Shown one piece after another: positions 46,601 to 57,156 of a stretch of 57,156 nt of DNA. The notes below the pieces were generated by a model. That model had not been told where the DNA came from. It saw only the letters and a list, made by a program, of their open reading frames with translations, and did not search any database. The first letter of the stretch is position 1, and each line of letters begins with the position of its first letter. This DNA is from Candidatus Moranbacteria bacterium CG10_big_fil_rev_8_21_14_0_10_35_21 (GTDB lineage Bacteria > Patescibacteriota > Minisyncoccia > Moranbacterales > UBA2206), in assembly GCA_002773095.1 (NCBI GenBank), contig PFCG01000022.1:1-57156 (forward strand), written 5' to 3'. Made by a program: the position numbers and the translations under genes.

Positions 46601-47172
46601 ATGAAAACAAAAATCAAAAATTATGCCTCTTTTACCTTGATTGAGCTTTTGATCGTTATCGCTATCATTGGAATTCTAGCTAGTGTTGTGTTGGTTTCTT
46701 TAAATGTTGCCCGCCAAAAAGCCAGAGATAACGCCGCCCTAGCTACAGCGGAGAGTGTTGGAAAAGCTTTGCAATCCTGTTCTCAACTTACTGAATATTC
46801 CAAGGATCCTTATTGGTACTGCCCAATATTTCTTGGGGAAACTCCTGGCACTCCGTCATCTGCTCAAACTTGTACCTGTGATCTTTTTCCTTGTTGTATC
46901 TGCGATGAAGCAGATGCCCACCTGGGGCTTCACTATGTTCTGCCCTCCCTAATACTAAATTGCCCAGTCTTCCACCAGGCTAGAGTTATTACTCAATATT
47001 TTGGGGGACATTTACAGGACCAGTGGAAACGGGTCCAGGTCAAACAAAGCCGAGAGTTGGTCCTATTTTTTTCGTAAAAATTCAAAATGGAGCAAAAAAC
47101 ATTATTTGTGATGACGTAGGAAGATTGAATATTAATTATGGAACAAGTAGTTGCTATAAAACGGGTTTTTGA
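46601..47172 (+). pseudogene. type IV pilin-like gene; intact prepilin N-terminus, disrupted C-terminal half
   Basis: SFTLIELLIVIAIIGILASVVLVSL is the class III signal / N-methylation helix. The tracked ORF ends at 47077. A +1 frame reads ...LPSLPPG*SYYSIFWGTFTGPVETGPGQTKPRVGPIFFVKIQNGAKNIICDDVGRLNINYGTSSCYKTGF* to 47172. Confidence 0.55.
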
Positions 47173-48428
47173 TTTATTTTCCTCCTCAATAAACTTTTTT
47201 CTTCCAAAACTTTATCAAACTCAAAAAAATATTCATTCTTGTGTCCGCCGTGCGCCTCGGCGACTTTTTGTTTATTGTGATTATAAATTTTTTTAATTTT
47301 CAATTTATAATCACCCCCTGGAGAAACGGCTTCTAAAATATCATTTTGAAATATTTCATTATGTACTTTCACCCGAGATAATTTACCTTCATTCCCAGTC
47401 ACTTCCCCAACAAATTGAACCAAGTTTTTGAAATTATCCGAATGAAAATTATGTTCTGGCTCATTACCTAATAGAAAACCTTTGGTATACCCGCGATTAA
47501 CCAGCAAAGTTAAATCTTTTTGGCTTTTTTTAACTGATCCAATTAATTCTTTGCCTTTTCCCAGAGAGCTAATTACTCGTTGATAAGCCCGACAAACTAT
47601 TGAAATATAATAAACGCTCTTGGCTCGGCCTTCGATTTTAAAAGATTCCACGCCAGCTTCCGCCAAGTCTTTCAGATGCTCAATTAAATTTAAATCATAA
47701 CTATTGAAAAAATAAGTTCCGTGTTGATCTTCTTCTAAATCAATTTCAAAACGATTCCTTTCGTCTTTCACACTTATATTTTTTGTTTCATGTTTTATGT
47801 TACATGTTGTATGATATCGCCATCGGCAGGGCTGAGTACAGTCTCCTAAATTAGCACTGCGATTATTCATCCATTTACTCAAAATACAGCGTCCAGAATA
47901 ACTCATACACATAGCTCCATGCACAAAATATTCCAATTCCATTTTAGGAACATTTTTTTTGATTTCTCTAATTTCTTCCAGCGTCACTTCCCGAGCTAAA
48001 ACCACTCGTTTAACACCCTGCTCGTGCCAAAATTTTACCGCTTGCCAATTAGTGGCATTGGCTTGAGTAGAAAGATGAATTTCCGTTTCAGGACAATATT
48101 TTTTTATTAACCTTATTATTCCTGGATCACTGACTATAATTCCGTCTACTTTTATTTTTTTCAAAAACTTAAGATGCTTTTCCACCTTCGCTAAATGACT
48201 ATGATGGGCATAGATATTTAAAGTCACATATATTTTTTTTCCTTTTTTATGCGTATATTCCACTCCTGCTTTTAATGTTTTCTCATCAAAATTATTAATT
48301 CTGGCGCGTAAAGAAAAGTCCGGTATACCGGCATAAACTGCGTCCGCTCCATAATGCAACGCGTATTTTAATTTTTCTGGGCTCCCCGCCGGCGCAAGAA
48401 GTTCTAAATTATTTTGTCTACTCTTCAT
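47154..48428 (-). CDS. U32-family peptidase-like protein
   Basis: LELLAPAGSPEKLKYALHYGADAVY start, the CxxxC..C cluster region and U32 length. The ATG is at 48428. Confidence 0.85.
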   Translation of the reverse strand: MKSRQNNLELLAPAGSPEKLKYALHYGADAVYAGIPDFSLRARINNFDEKTLKAGVEYTHKKGKKIYVTLNIYAHHSHLAKVEKHLKFLKKIKVDGIIVSDPGIIRLIKKYCPETEIHLSTQANATNWQAVKFWHEQGVKRVVLAREVTLEEIREIKKNVPKMELEYFVHGAMCMSYSGRCILSKWMNNRSANLGDCTQPCRWRYHTTCNIKHETKNISVKDERNRFEIDLEEDQHGTYFFNSYDLNLIEHLKDLAEAGVESFKIEGRAKSVYYISIVCRAYQRVISSLGKGKELIGSVKKSQKDLTLLVNRGYTKGFLLGNEPEHNFHSDNFKNLVQFVGEVTGNEGKLSRVKVHNEIFQNDILEAVSPGGDYKLKIKKIYNHNKQKVAEAHGGHKNEYFFEFDKVLEEKSLLRRKINQKPVL

Positions 48429-48447
48429 TATTTTACAAATACCTTTA

Positions 48448-48498
48448 TTATGCTTTGGCGGGCAAGCCCTCCGGCGCAAGAAGTTTAATACTTTTCAT
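48448..48498 (-). other. 16-codon mini-ORF that copies the U32 gene start
   Basis: ATGAAAAGTATTAAACTTCTTGCGCCGGAGGGC... = MKSIKLLAPEGLPAKA*, compared with the gene start MKSRQNNLELLAPAGSPEKL. It shares the exact 15-mer AACTTCTTGCGCCGG. Confidence 0.5.
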
Positions 48499-48529
48499 TT
48501 TTTTATTGAGTATTTTGATTATGTTTCGA

Positions 48530-49795
<1,266 letters not shown>

Positions 49796-51709
49796 CTAGT
49801 TGGCAATAACTTTATAACCCGTACCTGCAATGCCTGAATCTTCTCTCAATCGAGTATCTTTAGCATCAACTTGAGCAGAAAGATTAGCTCCAGTAAATAA
49901 ATCACGAGCAGAATAAACTGATTCTCCGGTAAGAGCCACTGGTTGATTTTGTTGATTAGAAGCAGGAACGATTTTAACTTGAAAAACTATTTCTCTTTTG
50001 GCAGTTAGAATTCCCATTCCAGATGAAATATCTCCAATCACCCAGGTTAGTTTATTGTTTCTCTCATCATATGTCAAATTAGAATTCTCTGGATATTTTT
50101 TCCCAGTGTAAACTACCCCCGTTGGTAAAATTGTTTCCACTTTAGCATCCGCTACATCATTGGAAATATTCATAACCTTCCAATGAATTGAATAAGTGGT
50201 TTCCGCTCCGACTGTCGGCGGTATTGGTCCTGAATTTCCGATTACCGAATCATTATAATATCCTTCAGCATCAACAACTAATTTGGAATTCACCCTCACA
50301 TCCACTTTATTACCAGCAATAATTTTATTCATTTCCAAAGGAGTGGGCACATCTGGACTATCAATTCTAGCTAGAAAAGGAATAGAAAAATTTTTATCAT
50401 CAGCAGTAACAATCGGAAATACGTTTTTTAATTTTATGCTAAAGCTTATTTTCCCTCCAGCACCTGCCTCAAGATTAGCTAAAATAGGAAAATCAGAAGC
50501 TTTCCAGGTTATAGTCTTAGTTTCCTCACTAAAGGCCCCTTTTCTGTTAAGTTTTAAACTGGAATAATCTAGCATTGGGCTGTCTATTTTTTCCGTTATA
50601 ATAACATTGCTCAAACCTAATTCTCCAGTGTTGCCATATTGAATTTCCACAAAAAGCTCTCCACCGGCATCAGCCCTTACTTCTACATTATTATTAACTA
50701 CTTGGATAATAGAAAGTGGAGATCTAATAATTTTTGTTTCGGTTGTTTCTTCGTTATAACTAACAAATTGTCCTTGACTAACTGTTCCAAGTTCTGCTTT
50801 AGTTTTTTTGATTTGATCCTTTTCCCCTTCCAATTTTCCACTAATAACAATTTTTCCTTCTTCGCCAGGAGAAAGATTACCAAGATGCCAAATATTTTCT
50901 CCTTCAGAAACTTTCGGTTCAGAAGAAGAAAAAGAAAATCCTTCCGCATAATCCAATTTAACTCTCACATTTCCAAATTCCTCTATTCCGTTATTTTTAT
51001 AAGTAATCAAATAATCCACTGCATCTCCGTTGGAAATATTTAGTGGCCCAGTTATTTCCATATTCATAGCCGTGGAAGTCACGTTGATTCCCAACTGATT
51101 GCTGGATGTAAATTGACTATTGAAATTGGAAGGAGTATAGAGAAGCTCAGCTTTTAGATATAGCAAGGTCCCCTTTGGACTATAAATGCGACTATTTAAA
51201 ATAATTTTTCCTTCTGTATGAGCTTTAATATCACCAATTTCCGCGATACTATTGTCTAAGCCTTGCGCTTTTAGATTAGGATCAACCTCCGGTCTAAGGC
51301 TTTCGGGATAATTTAATCTAAGAGAAGCATTTTTTAAATCTACTCGATTATCATTTTTATATTTTATTTCGTAGGTTATAAATTTACCACTTTCTACATC
51401 AGTCTTGCCTTCAATAGAAATGATTACTTTTTTTTCACTAAAAGCCGACTGCCGGATTTTATAAACGATACCCCCTACAGCTACAATAAAAAATATTACG
51501 CTTAATATGATAGCGCCAATTTTAATAAACTTTTTTTGTTCTTCAATAAAGCCTTTTTTTTCTTCCACCCATTGATCTTCCTGTTTATTTTCTTCTGAAG
51601 AAACTCCTTTCGTTATTCCTTCAGTATCAAATTCTGTTTTATCATGCTGACTCAGATTAGAATCGGCCTCTTTTTTATAAAGCTTATTTTTGATTTCCGA
51701 TAAAGCCAT
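49796..51709 (-). CDS. membrane-anchored protein with DUF11/CARDB-like beta-sandwich repeats
   Basis: N-terminal TM IGAIILSVIFFIVAVGGIV followed by repeated ..Y.I.YKN.G...L.NV.. modules. Confidence 0.55.
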   Translation of the reverse strand: MALSEIKNKLYKKEADSNLSQHDKTEFDTEGITKGVSSEENKQEDQWVEEKKGFIEEQKKFIKIGAIILSVIFFIVAVGGIVYKIRQSAFSEKKVIISIEGKTDVESGKFITYEIKYKNDNRVDLKNASLRLNYPESLRPEVDPNLKAQGLDNSIAEIGDIKAHTEGKIILNSRIYSPKGTLLYLKAELLYTPSNFNSQFTSSNQLGINVTSTAMNMEITGPLNISNGDAVDYLITYKNNGIEEFGNVRVKLDYAEGFSFSSSEPKVSEGENIWHLGNLSPGEEGKIVISGKLEGEKDQIKKTKAELGTVSQGQFVSYNEETTETKIIRSPLSIIQVVNNNVEVRADAGGELFVEIQYGNTGELGLSNVIITEKIDSPMLDYSSLKLNRKGAFSEETKTITWKASDFPILANLEAGAGGKISFSIKLKNVFPIVTADDKNFSIPFLARIDSPDVPTPLEMNKIIAGNKVDVRVNSKLVVDAEGYYNDSVIGNSGPIPPTVGAETTYSIHWKVMNISNDVADAKVETILPTGVVYTGKKYPENSNLTYDERNNKLTWVIGDISSGMGILTAKREIVFQVKIVPASNQQNQPVALTGESVYSARDLFTGANLSAQVDAKDTRLREDSGIAGTGYKVIAN

Positions 51710-51763
51710 CTTTTTGTTTTATTTTACCCCTTTATTTTATATGATTTAGCCCTTTTTATCAAA

Positions 51764-52477
51764 TTAACCAGCTACCCAAAGCAGAAAATTATTCAAACTT
51801 GCTTCTAAATTTTTCAAATCGCTTTGAGAAGTTTTTATTTTTACTAAATTTTCTATTTTATTATTCAGGAAAAGCCTAATCATTTTTATTGATTGGGTAG
51901 AGATAATAGCTCTTCGCCCGATATTTTTTTTATGGCATTCCTCACAAACCACTATTCCGTGCTCACCATCAAAATAGTTTTTTTCTGAAGTCAGTTTTTT
52001 TTCACAAAATGCACACTGGGATAAATCAATTTGATAACCAGATTCAGCTAAAAATTTAAACAAAAAACCAACGGTTACAATACTGGCCTTTTCTTTTTCG
52101 TGAAGTTTTTCCATTGTTTCTAAATAATTCAAAAGCAAACGAAAGACTATTTCATCTTTTTCCTGATCTTTAATTAATCCTTCCATCTGTGAAAAAGCAA
52201 AAAAAACCTTTTCTAATGTTTCCCATTTCTCTTTAATATTGGAAAAATTATGCAAAACCAGGGAACCAGTGATTTTACCCATTCCTCTTCCTTTAGCAAA
52301 AAAAATTTCCGCATAAGTTATTGGCTCCAAAAAACCAGCCAATTTTGCGGTTGGTTTTCTCACTCCCTTTCCCAAAAGCTGCATTTTACCCATTTCCTTA
52401 GTATAAACAGAATAAATACGATCAGCTTCAGAAACATCTCTTTTTTTGAGAATTATCCCTTGAAATTTATCTTCCAT
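51764..52477 (-). CDS. recO: DNA repair protein RecO
   Basis: OB-fold start GIILKKRDVSEADRIYSVYTKEMGK and zinc finger CAFCEKK...CEECH. Confidence 0.8.
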   Translation of the reverse strand: MEDKFQGIILKKRDVSEADRIYSVYTKEMGKMQLLGKGVRKPTAKLAGFLEPITYAEIFFAKGRGMGKITGSLVLHNFSNIKEKWETLEKVFFAFSQMEGLIKDQEKDEIVFRLLLNYLETMEKLHEKEKASIVTVGFLFKFLAESGYQIDLSQCAFCEKKLTSEKNYFDGEHGIVVCEECHKKNIGRRAIISTQSIKMIRLFLNNKIENLVKIKTSQSDLKNLEASLNNFLLWVAG

Positions 52478-52562
52478 GCTTGAATTATACGCTAAATTTC
52501 GAGTAGTAAAAAGCCCGCCCTATAAAGAATACAGCGAGCTACTAATTTATGATTAAGCTGTT

Positions 52563-55500
52563 TTATTTTTTTACCTGAATCTTTAACTTTTCTCCATCAA
52601 CATCAAATTCTTTTTCCAAATCAAAATTTTCCAAAGTTTCTTTTATTTCATTGGCTAAAACTTCCTTGGCAATCAAATCATTAAACTTTTCAAATATCTC
52701 CTTGCCTCCAACATAGCCCACGCTAATATGATCGTCAACAACATAATCCGCTTCTTTTCTCATTGTTTGGATAAATCGAATAATTTCCCTCGCTTGGCCT
52801 TCCAATTTTAATTCGGGAGTGATTTCGATGTCTATCGCAACTGTTTCAGTCTCTGATCCTATTTCAGCTCCTTTAACATTTAATTCTTCAATGATAATAT
52901 TGCTCCATTCTGGTTTATTAATTAATTCATCAAAAACACTTTCATATTTTTTTCCAAGAATAACACGCTTTAAAGGTTGTCGAACCTTAATTTTATTTTT
53001 TGCCCGATCTTGTAATCCCAATGTTATAATTTCGCGAAGGGCACCCATATTTTCATTCAATTTTTCATCAATTAATTTTTCATCCGCTACCGGAAAATCA
53101 ACCAAATGAACCGATTCTTCGCCAGTTAGATTTTTATAAATTTCTTCAGATATGAAAGGTGTAAAAGGCGCCATTAATTTTGAAAGCTCCATCAGTGACA
53201 TATGCAAAGTTTGATAAGCGCTTTCCTTGTCGCCATCGTCCTCTGATTTCCAAAATCTTTTTCGTGATCGTCGAATATACCAATTAGAAAGATTATCTAC
53301 AAATTTTTCTATTATTCCGGCCGCGCCGTAAACATCATAGCTCTCTAATTTTTCGTCAACATTTTTGATTAATATATTCAACTCAGAAATAATCCATTTA
53401 TCCAAAAGATTTTCTGATTTCCATATTCCTTTTGTCTCCCATTGATCAATATTCGCGTAGAGTACAAAAAAAGAATATGAATTCCAAAGCATGCGGAAAA
53501 CCCGATTCATGATTTCATTCATGCCTTTGATATCAAATTTTTTCGTCATCCCTGGCTGATTAATTGTAAAAAGCATCCAGCGCAACATATCTGCGCCATA
53601 TTTATCCATTACTTCCATCGGATCAACTATGTTGCCTTTAGATTTACTCATTTTTTTACCTTTGCTATCTAAAATGAGATTTAAACAAATGACATTTTTA
53701 TAGGCATAGCCAGCTGGAACTTTTCCTGCTTTATTAAGTAATGTTGCGATGGCGTGCAAAGTATAAAACCAACCGCGTGTTTGATCGATGGCTTCAGAAA
53801 TATAATCTGCGGGGAAAAAATTTCCGCTTTCAATTTTTTTTTTGTCTTCTTTTGAAGCTTGGTTGGGATAGCTGAATTGCGCTAATGGCATAGATCCGGA
53901 ATCAAACCAAACATCCAAAACTTCTGGAACTCTTTTCATTTCTTCTCCACAAACACATTTAAATTTCACATCATCAATATATGGTTTATGTAAATCCTCT
54001 AGTTTTTGTCCAGACATTTTTTCCATTTCCGATATAGATTCAATGACTTTCAGTTCTCCGCACTTAGCACATTCCCAAATAGGAAGCGGCGTGCCCCAAT
54101 ATCTTTCTCGAGAAATCGCCCAATCCTTAACTCCGAGAAGCCATTCGCCAAATCTTCCTTCTTTGATATATTCCGGAATCCAATTTATGTTTTCATTATT
54201 TTTTCCCAGATCCGAAGAAAGTTCGCTCATCTGGATGAACCAGGATGGTTTGGCATAATAAATCAAAGGCGTATCGCATCGCCAGCAGAAAGGATATTCA
54301 TGTTCGTATAATTCTTCTTTTAATAATAATCCTCTTTCTTTTAAATCTTCTATAATCAACTCGTCAGCTGCATATTTATTTCTTTCGTTTTTCTTTTTTA
54401 CCGGAAGACCTTCGCCTGGAATATTAAACCCAGAGATTATTTTTCCGGTTTCATCCACGGTTAAAAGTGTTGGCAAATTATTTTCCCTACCAACATTAGC
54501 ATCATCTTCTCCGAAAGCCGGAGCAATATGCACAATGCCCGTTCCTTCTGAAGTGGAAACAAAATCTCCTGAAACTACATAATGCACTTTTTTGTTTTCT
54601 TTGTTCTCACTATTATATAAAGGCTCGTATTCAAGATTTAACAAATTTTTTCCCAAAAACCCACCTGCTATTTTATACTCTCCTTCAACAACACTCAGCC
54701 TATTTTTAGCTAAAATATAACAACTGTCATGCTGAACTTGTTTCAGCATCTCTTGAGATCCCGAAACAAGTTCGGGATGACATTTTATTTTTACATACTC
54801 AATCTCTTTATTTACCGCCAATGCCACATTCCCTGGCAATGTCCACGGCGTGGTCGTCCAAGCCAGAAAATAAGTATTGTCATCAATGCCCTTTTCCGGA
54901 TTTGGCTTAGCTTTAAATTTTACATAAATAGAATTATCTTTAACCATTTGATATCCTTGAGCAACTTCATGTGAAGAAAGAGTTGTCCCACAACGATAGC
55001 AATATGGCACAACTTTATGCCCTTTATAAATTAAGCTTTCTCCTTTTTTGTTTTTCGTTTTGAAAATTTGAGCCACCACCCACCAGACTGATTCAATATA
55101 TTTATTTTTATAGGTAATATATGGATTTTTCATATCCACCCAATACCCCATTCTTTCAGTTAATTTTTCCCATTGATCCTTATATTTCCAAACCGACTCT
55201 TTACATTTTTTATTGAATTCGATAATACTTTCACGTGGATTTCCGGGAACGATATTCTCTATTTCTTGCTTATTCTTAAGACCCATTTCTTTTTCTACCT
55301 GCAATTCCACTGGTAATCCATGCGTATCCCAACCAGCCTTTCTTTCCACTCGATAACCTTTCATGGTTTTGTAGCGAGGAATGATATCCTTAAATGCCCG
55401 TGCCAAAACATGATGCAACCCCGGCTGGCCATTAGCTGTCGGAGGACCCTCATAAAAAACAAAAGATTTATCAGAAGAATTTTTTTCTACTGATTTTTCA

Positions 55501-55586
55501 AATATTTTTTCCTCATCCCAAAATTTCAGAATCCCTTCTTCCATTTGGGGAAATTTCATTTTTGGGTCTATTTGTTTGAATGCCAT
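52563..55586 (-). CDS. ileS: isoleucyl-tRNA synthetase
   Basis: PPTANGQPGLHH (HIGH), KMSKSKGN (KMSKS), the CP1 editing domain and a zinc-knuckle region. The ATG is at 55586. Confidence 0.95.
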   Translation of the reverse strand: MAFKQIDPKMKFPQMEEGILKFWDEEKIFEKSVEKNSSDKSFVFYEGPPTANGQPGLHHVLARAFKDIIPRYKTMKGYRVERKAGWDTHGLPVELQVEKEMGLKNKQEIENIVPGNPRESIIEFNKKCKESVWKYKDQWEKLTERMGYWVDMKNPYITYKNKYIESVWWVVAQIFKTKNKKGESLIYKGHKVVPYCYRCGTTLSSHEVAQGYQMVKDNSIYVKFKAKPNPEKGIDDNTYFLAWTTTPWTLPGNVALAVNKEIEYVKIKCHPELVSGSQEMLKQVQHDSCYILAKNRLSVVEGEYKIAGGFLGKNLLNLEYEPLYNSENKENKKVHYVVSGDFVSTSEGTGIVHIAPAFGEDDANVGRENNLPTLLTVDETGKIISGFNIPGEGLPVKKKNERNKYAADELIIEDLKERGLLLKEELYEHEYPFCWRCDTPLIYYAKPSWFIQMSELSSDLGKNNENINWIPEYIKEGRFGEWLLGVKDWAISRERYWGTPLPIWECAKCGELKVIESISEMEKMSGQKLEDLHKPYIDDVKFKCVCGEEMKRVPEVLDVWFDSGSMPLAQFSYPNQASKEDKKKIESGNFFPADYISEAIDQTRGWFYTLHAIATLLNKAGKVPAGYAYKNVICLNLILDSKGKKMSKSKGNIVDPMEVMDKYGADMLRWMLFTINQPGMTKKFDIKGMNEIMNRVFRMLWNSYSFFVLYANIDQWETKGIWKSENLLDKWIISELNILIKNVDEKLESYDVYGAAGIIEKFVDNLSNWYIRRSRKRFWKSEDDGDKESAYQTLHMSLMELSKLMAPFTPFISEEIYKNLTGEESVHLVDFPVADEKLIDEKLNENMGALREIITLGLQDRAKNKIKVRQPLKRVILGKKYESVFDELINKPEWSNIIIEELNVKGAEIGSETETVAIDIEITPELKLEGQAREIIRFIQTMRKEADYVVDDHISVGYVGGKEIFEKFNDLIAKEVLANEIKETLENFDLEKEFDVDGEKLKIQVKK
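54726..54781. repeat. 56-nt hairpin (family A variant) in frame in ileS
   Basis: GTCATGCTGAACTTGTTTCAGCATCTC-TT-GAGATCCCGAAACAAGTTCGGGATGAC. Encodes HPELVSGSQEMLKQVQHD. Confidence 0.7.
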
Positions 55587-55620
55587 ATAAATCAATTATA
55601 TTACTAAAACGCTTTATAAA

Positions 55621-55846
55621 CAAAAAAATCCTTAAAAATAGTTTAAGGACGATTCGAAAACCGTGGTACCACCTTAATGCTCACAAAACATGTAGCATAT
55701 AACTTGAAACAAATTTTTTATCGTTTCATGCTTTATGTTTAATATTTCATGACTTTAAACAGCTATTACGGGCTTACCCGGCAAGTTCTACAGCTTTACA
55801 GCTTTCCTCTTGCGGCTCCAGAGTGATGACTCCATCATCGCCTTTA
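55621..55846 (-). promoter_or_regulatory. T-box leader (tRNA-sensing riboswitch) upstream of ileS
   Basis: The minus strand contains AGGCGATGA near the 5' end and the T-box sequence TTAAGGTGGTACCACGG (plus-strand 55661..55677). The terminator is TCCTTAAA-CTAT-TTTAAGGA followed by T7. The TTAAGG inside the T-box can instead pair with the CCTTAA of the terminator 5' arm, giving an antiterminator. Confidence 0.75.
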
Positions 55847-55853
55847 TTTAATA

Positions 55854-57014
55854 TTACTTCAAACTCTTATAAACTTCAAGTGTTTCTCTTGCACATTTTT
55901 CCCAATTAAATTTTTCGGCTTGCTTCTTTCCCTTTTCACGATAAGCGTTTTTTATACCTTCGTCATCAGCAAATTTTAGCATAGCTTCAGCTATATTTTT
56001 AATGTCTAACGGATTGACTAATTCCGCTGCCTCTCCCGCAATTTCTGGAATAGAAGAAACGTTAGAAACAACAGCTGGCGTTCCAGTTGCAAAGGCTTCC
56101 AAAACGGTCGTACCAAAACCTTCATACAGCGAAGGCATCACAAAAAAATCAGCTTGTTTGAAAAGAGGAACGATTTCATCTCCAATAACATATCCGGTAA
56201 AAACAAGGTCTTTTAATATTCCTAAATCTTTGGCAATTTGTTTATTTTCGTTAGATAGCCAACCAGCTTTTCCAGCCATAACTAGCTTATGAGAACATCG
56301 GCCCCTTTCTTTTATTTGTTTTTCCTTAAAAATTTTGAACGCTTGAAAAAGTCGAGTGATATTTTTTATTGGTTCGATAGTTCCTAAAAATAAAATATAT
56401 TTTTCTTTAATACCGTATTTTTCCAAAATTCTTTCTCTAGGAGTTTCATTTTCCTCAAAAAACCGACTATCTAATCCAGAATAAATAACTTTGATTTTTT
56501 CTTCCGGACATTTAAATATTTCTTCCAAATCTTTCTTGGTTGAATTGGAAACGGTAATTATTTGATTAGCCTTCTTGGCCATTAATTGCAAAATGGCTTT
56601 AGTTCGACTACGTGCTATTTTTGGAAAAACCTCAGGAAATTTATAAACAGCTAAATCATGAAAGGTAACCACGGTTTTTCCGCGATAACTTTCTGGAATC
56701 CGACTCATGGGAGAAGTGGTATGAAGCAAATCCAAATCTTCTTTAATCAAAGTCGCCGTGCCCAAAATTTCCGAATAGGCTCCAGGCAAATATTTTTTGT
56801 AATCTGAAAAGGGATAAAATTTGATTTTCACATTAGGTTGAGCGAATTTTTTGATGTCTTTTTCTCGCACTCGAAAGTCAAAAAACAAGACATATTCATT
56901 CTCTTTGTCCAATTTCAAAAGATGGCGAATCAGTTGATAGGTATAATGCCCCACCCCAATGGCTTCGCCCTTTTCCGGATTCAAAATTGTCCTCGCATCA
57001 ATGCCTATTCTCAT
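55854..57014 (-). CDS. GT4-family (GT-B fold) glycosyltransferase
   Basis: C-terminal EX7E region PSLYEGFGTTVLEAFATGTPAVVS and N-terminal MRIGIDART. Confidence 0.85.
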   Translation of the reverse strand: MRIGIDARTILNPEKGEAIGVGHYTYQLIRHLLKLDKENEYVLFFDFRVREKDIKKFAQPNVKIKFYPFSDYKKYLPGAYSEILGTATLIKEDLDLLHTTSPMSRIPESYRGKTVVTFHDLAVYKFPEVFPKIARSRTKAILQLMAKKANQIITVSNSTKKDLEEIFKCPEEKIKVIYSGLDSRFFEENETPRERILEKYGIKEKYILFLGTIEPIKNITRLFQAFKIFKEKQIKERGRCSHKLVMAGKAGWLSNENKQIAKDLGILKDLVFTGYVIGDEIVPLFKQADFFVMPSLYEGFGTTVLEAFATGTPAVVSNVSSIPEIAGEAAELVNPLDIKNIAEAMLKFADDEGIKNAYREKGKKQAEKFNWEKCARETLEVYKSLK

Positions 57015-57156
57015 AAATTTATCGCTACTGTTTATTTACTACAATTAAGTTATTCGCATGTGCGTCCGCCAGCCTGCCCGCAGGGGTCAAATAGAACACT
57101 TACTTTTTTTAACTTTTACAGCTTCCTGGGCTGTTTTTTTGTTTTTCCGGTGTTGA

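Overview
AT-rich, gene-dense window. From about 5 kb onward almost everything is on the minus strand, and most of it is housekeeping: dprA-topA-rel, parAB, one tRNA-Leu(CAA), folD, ddl, a MacB-like ABC pair, a bacterial Elp3 homologue, glmS, leuS, a complete F1Fo ATP synthase operon (atpI/Z-B-E-F-H-A-G-D-C), tatD, metG, rsmI, glyQS, tgt, recO and ileS with a T-box leader. The gene content and style fit a small-genome Patescibacteria/CPR-like organism: a giant Ser/Thr-rich surface protein, a pilin-like gene, small selfish genes inside core operons, and many proteins longer than their family norm. That placement is inference only. The unusual part is a layer of short palindromic (hairpin) DNA elements of at least three related families. 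Some fill intergenic spacers. At least ten lie in frame inside essential genes (elp3, ileS, leuS, metG, atpA, atpG, atpD, tgt twice, tatD twice in tandem, a methyltransferase). Two small GIY-YIG nuclease genes each sit exactly between inverted arms of such an element, one between atpF and atpH and one fused onto the 5' end of a MerR-like gene. ORF-less copies with the same arms occur elsewhere in the window. This resembles a REPIN/RAYT or MITE/transposase relationship, but with a GIY-YIG nuclease as the candidate mobilising enzyme. Related oddities are duplicated gene ends (glmS 3' end, U32 peptidase 5' end, MerR-like 5' end, tRNA-Leu 3' end), a four-helix-bundle (rRNA-IVS-type) gene between atpA and atpG, a perfect 36-bp inverted repeat bracketing a TrpR/YerC-like gene, and an in-frame TGA in rsmI. 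A 2042-aa surface protein gene is flanked by near-identical MerR-like HTH genes and lies downstream of a 24-bp perfect palindrome in a promoter spacer. No CRISPR array, rRNA, transposase, integrase or reverse transcriptase was seen.
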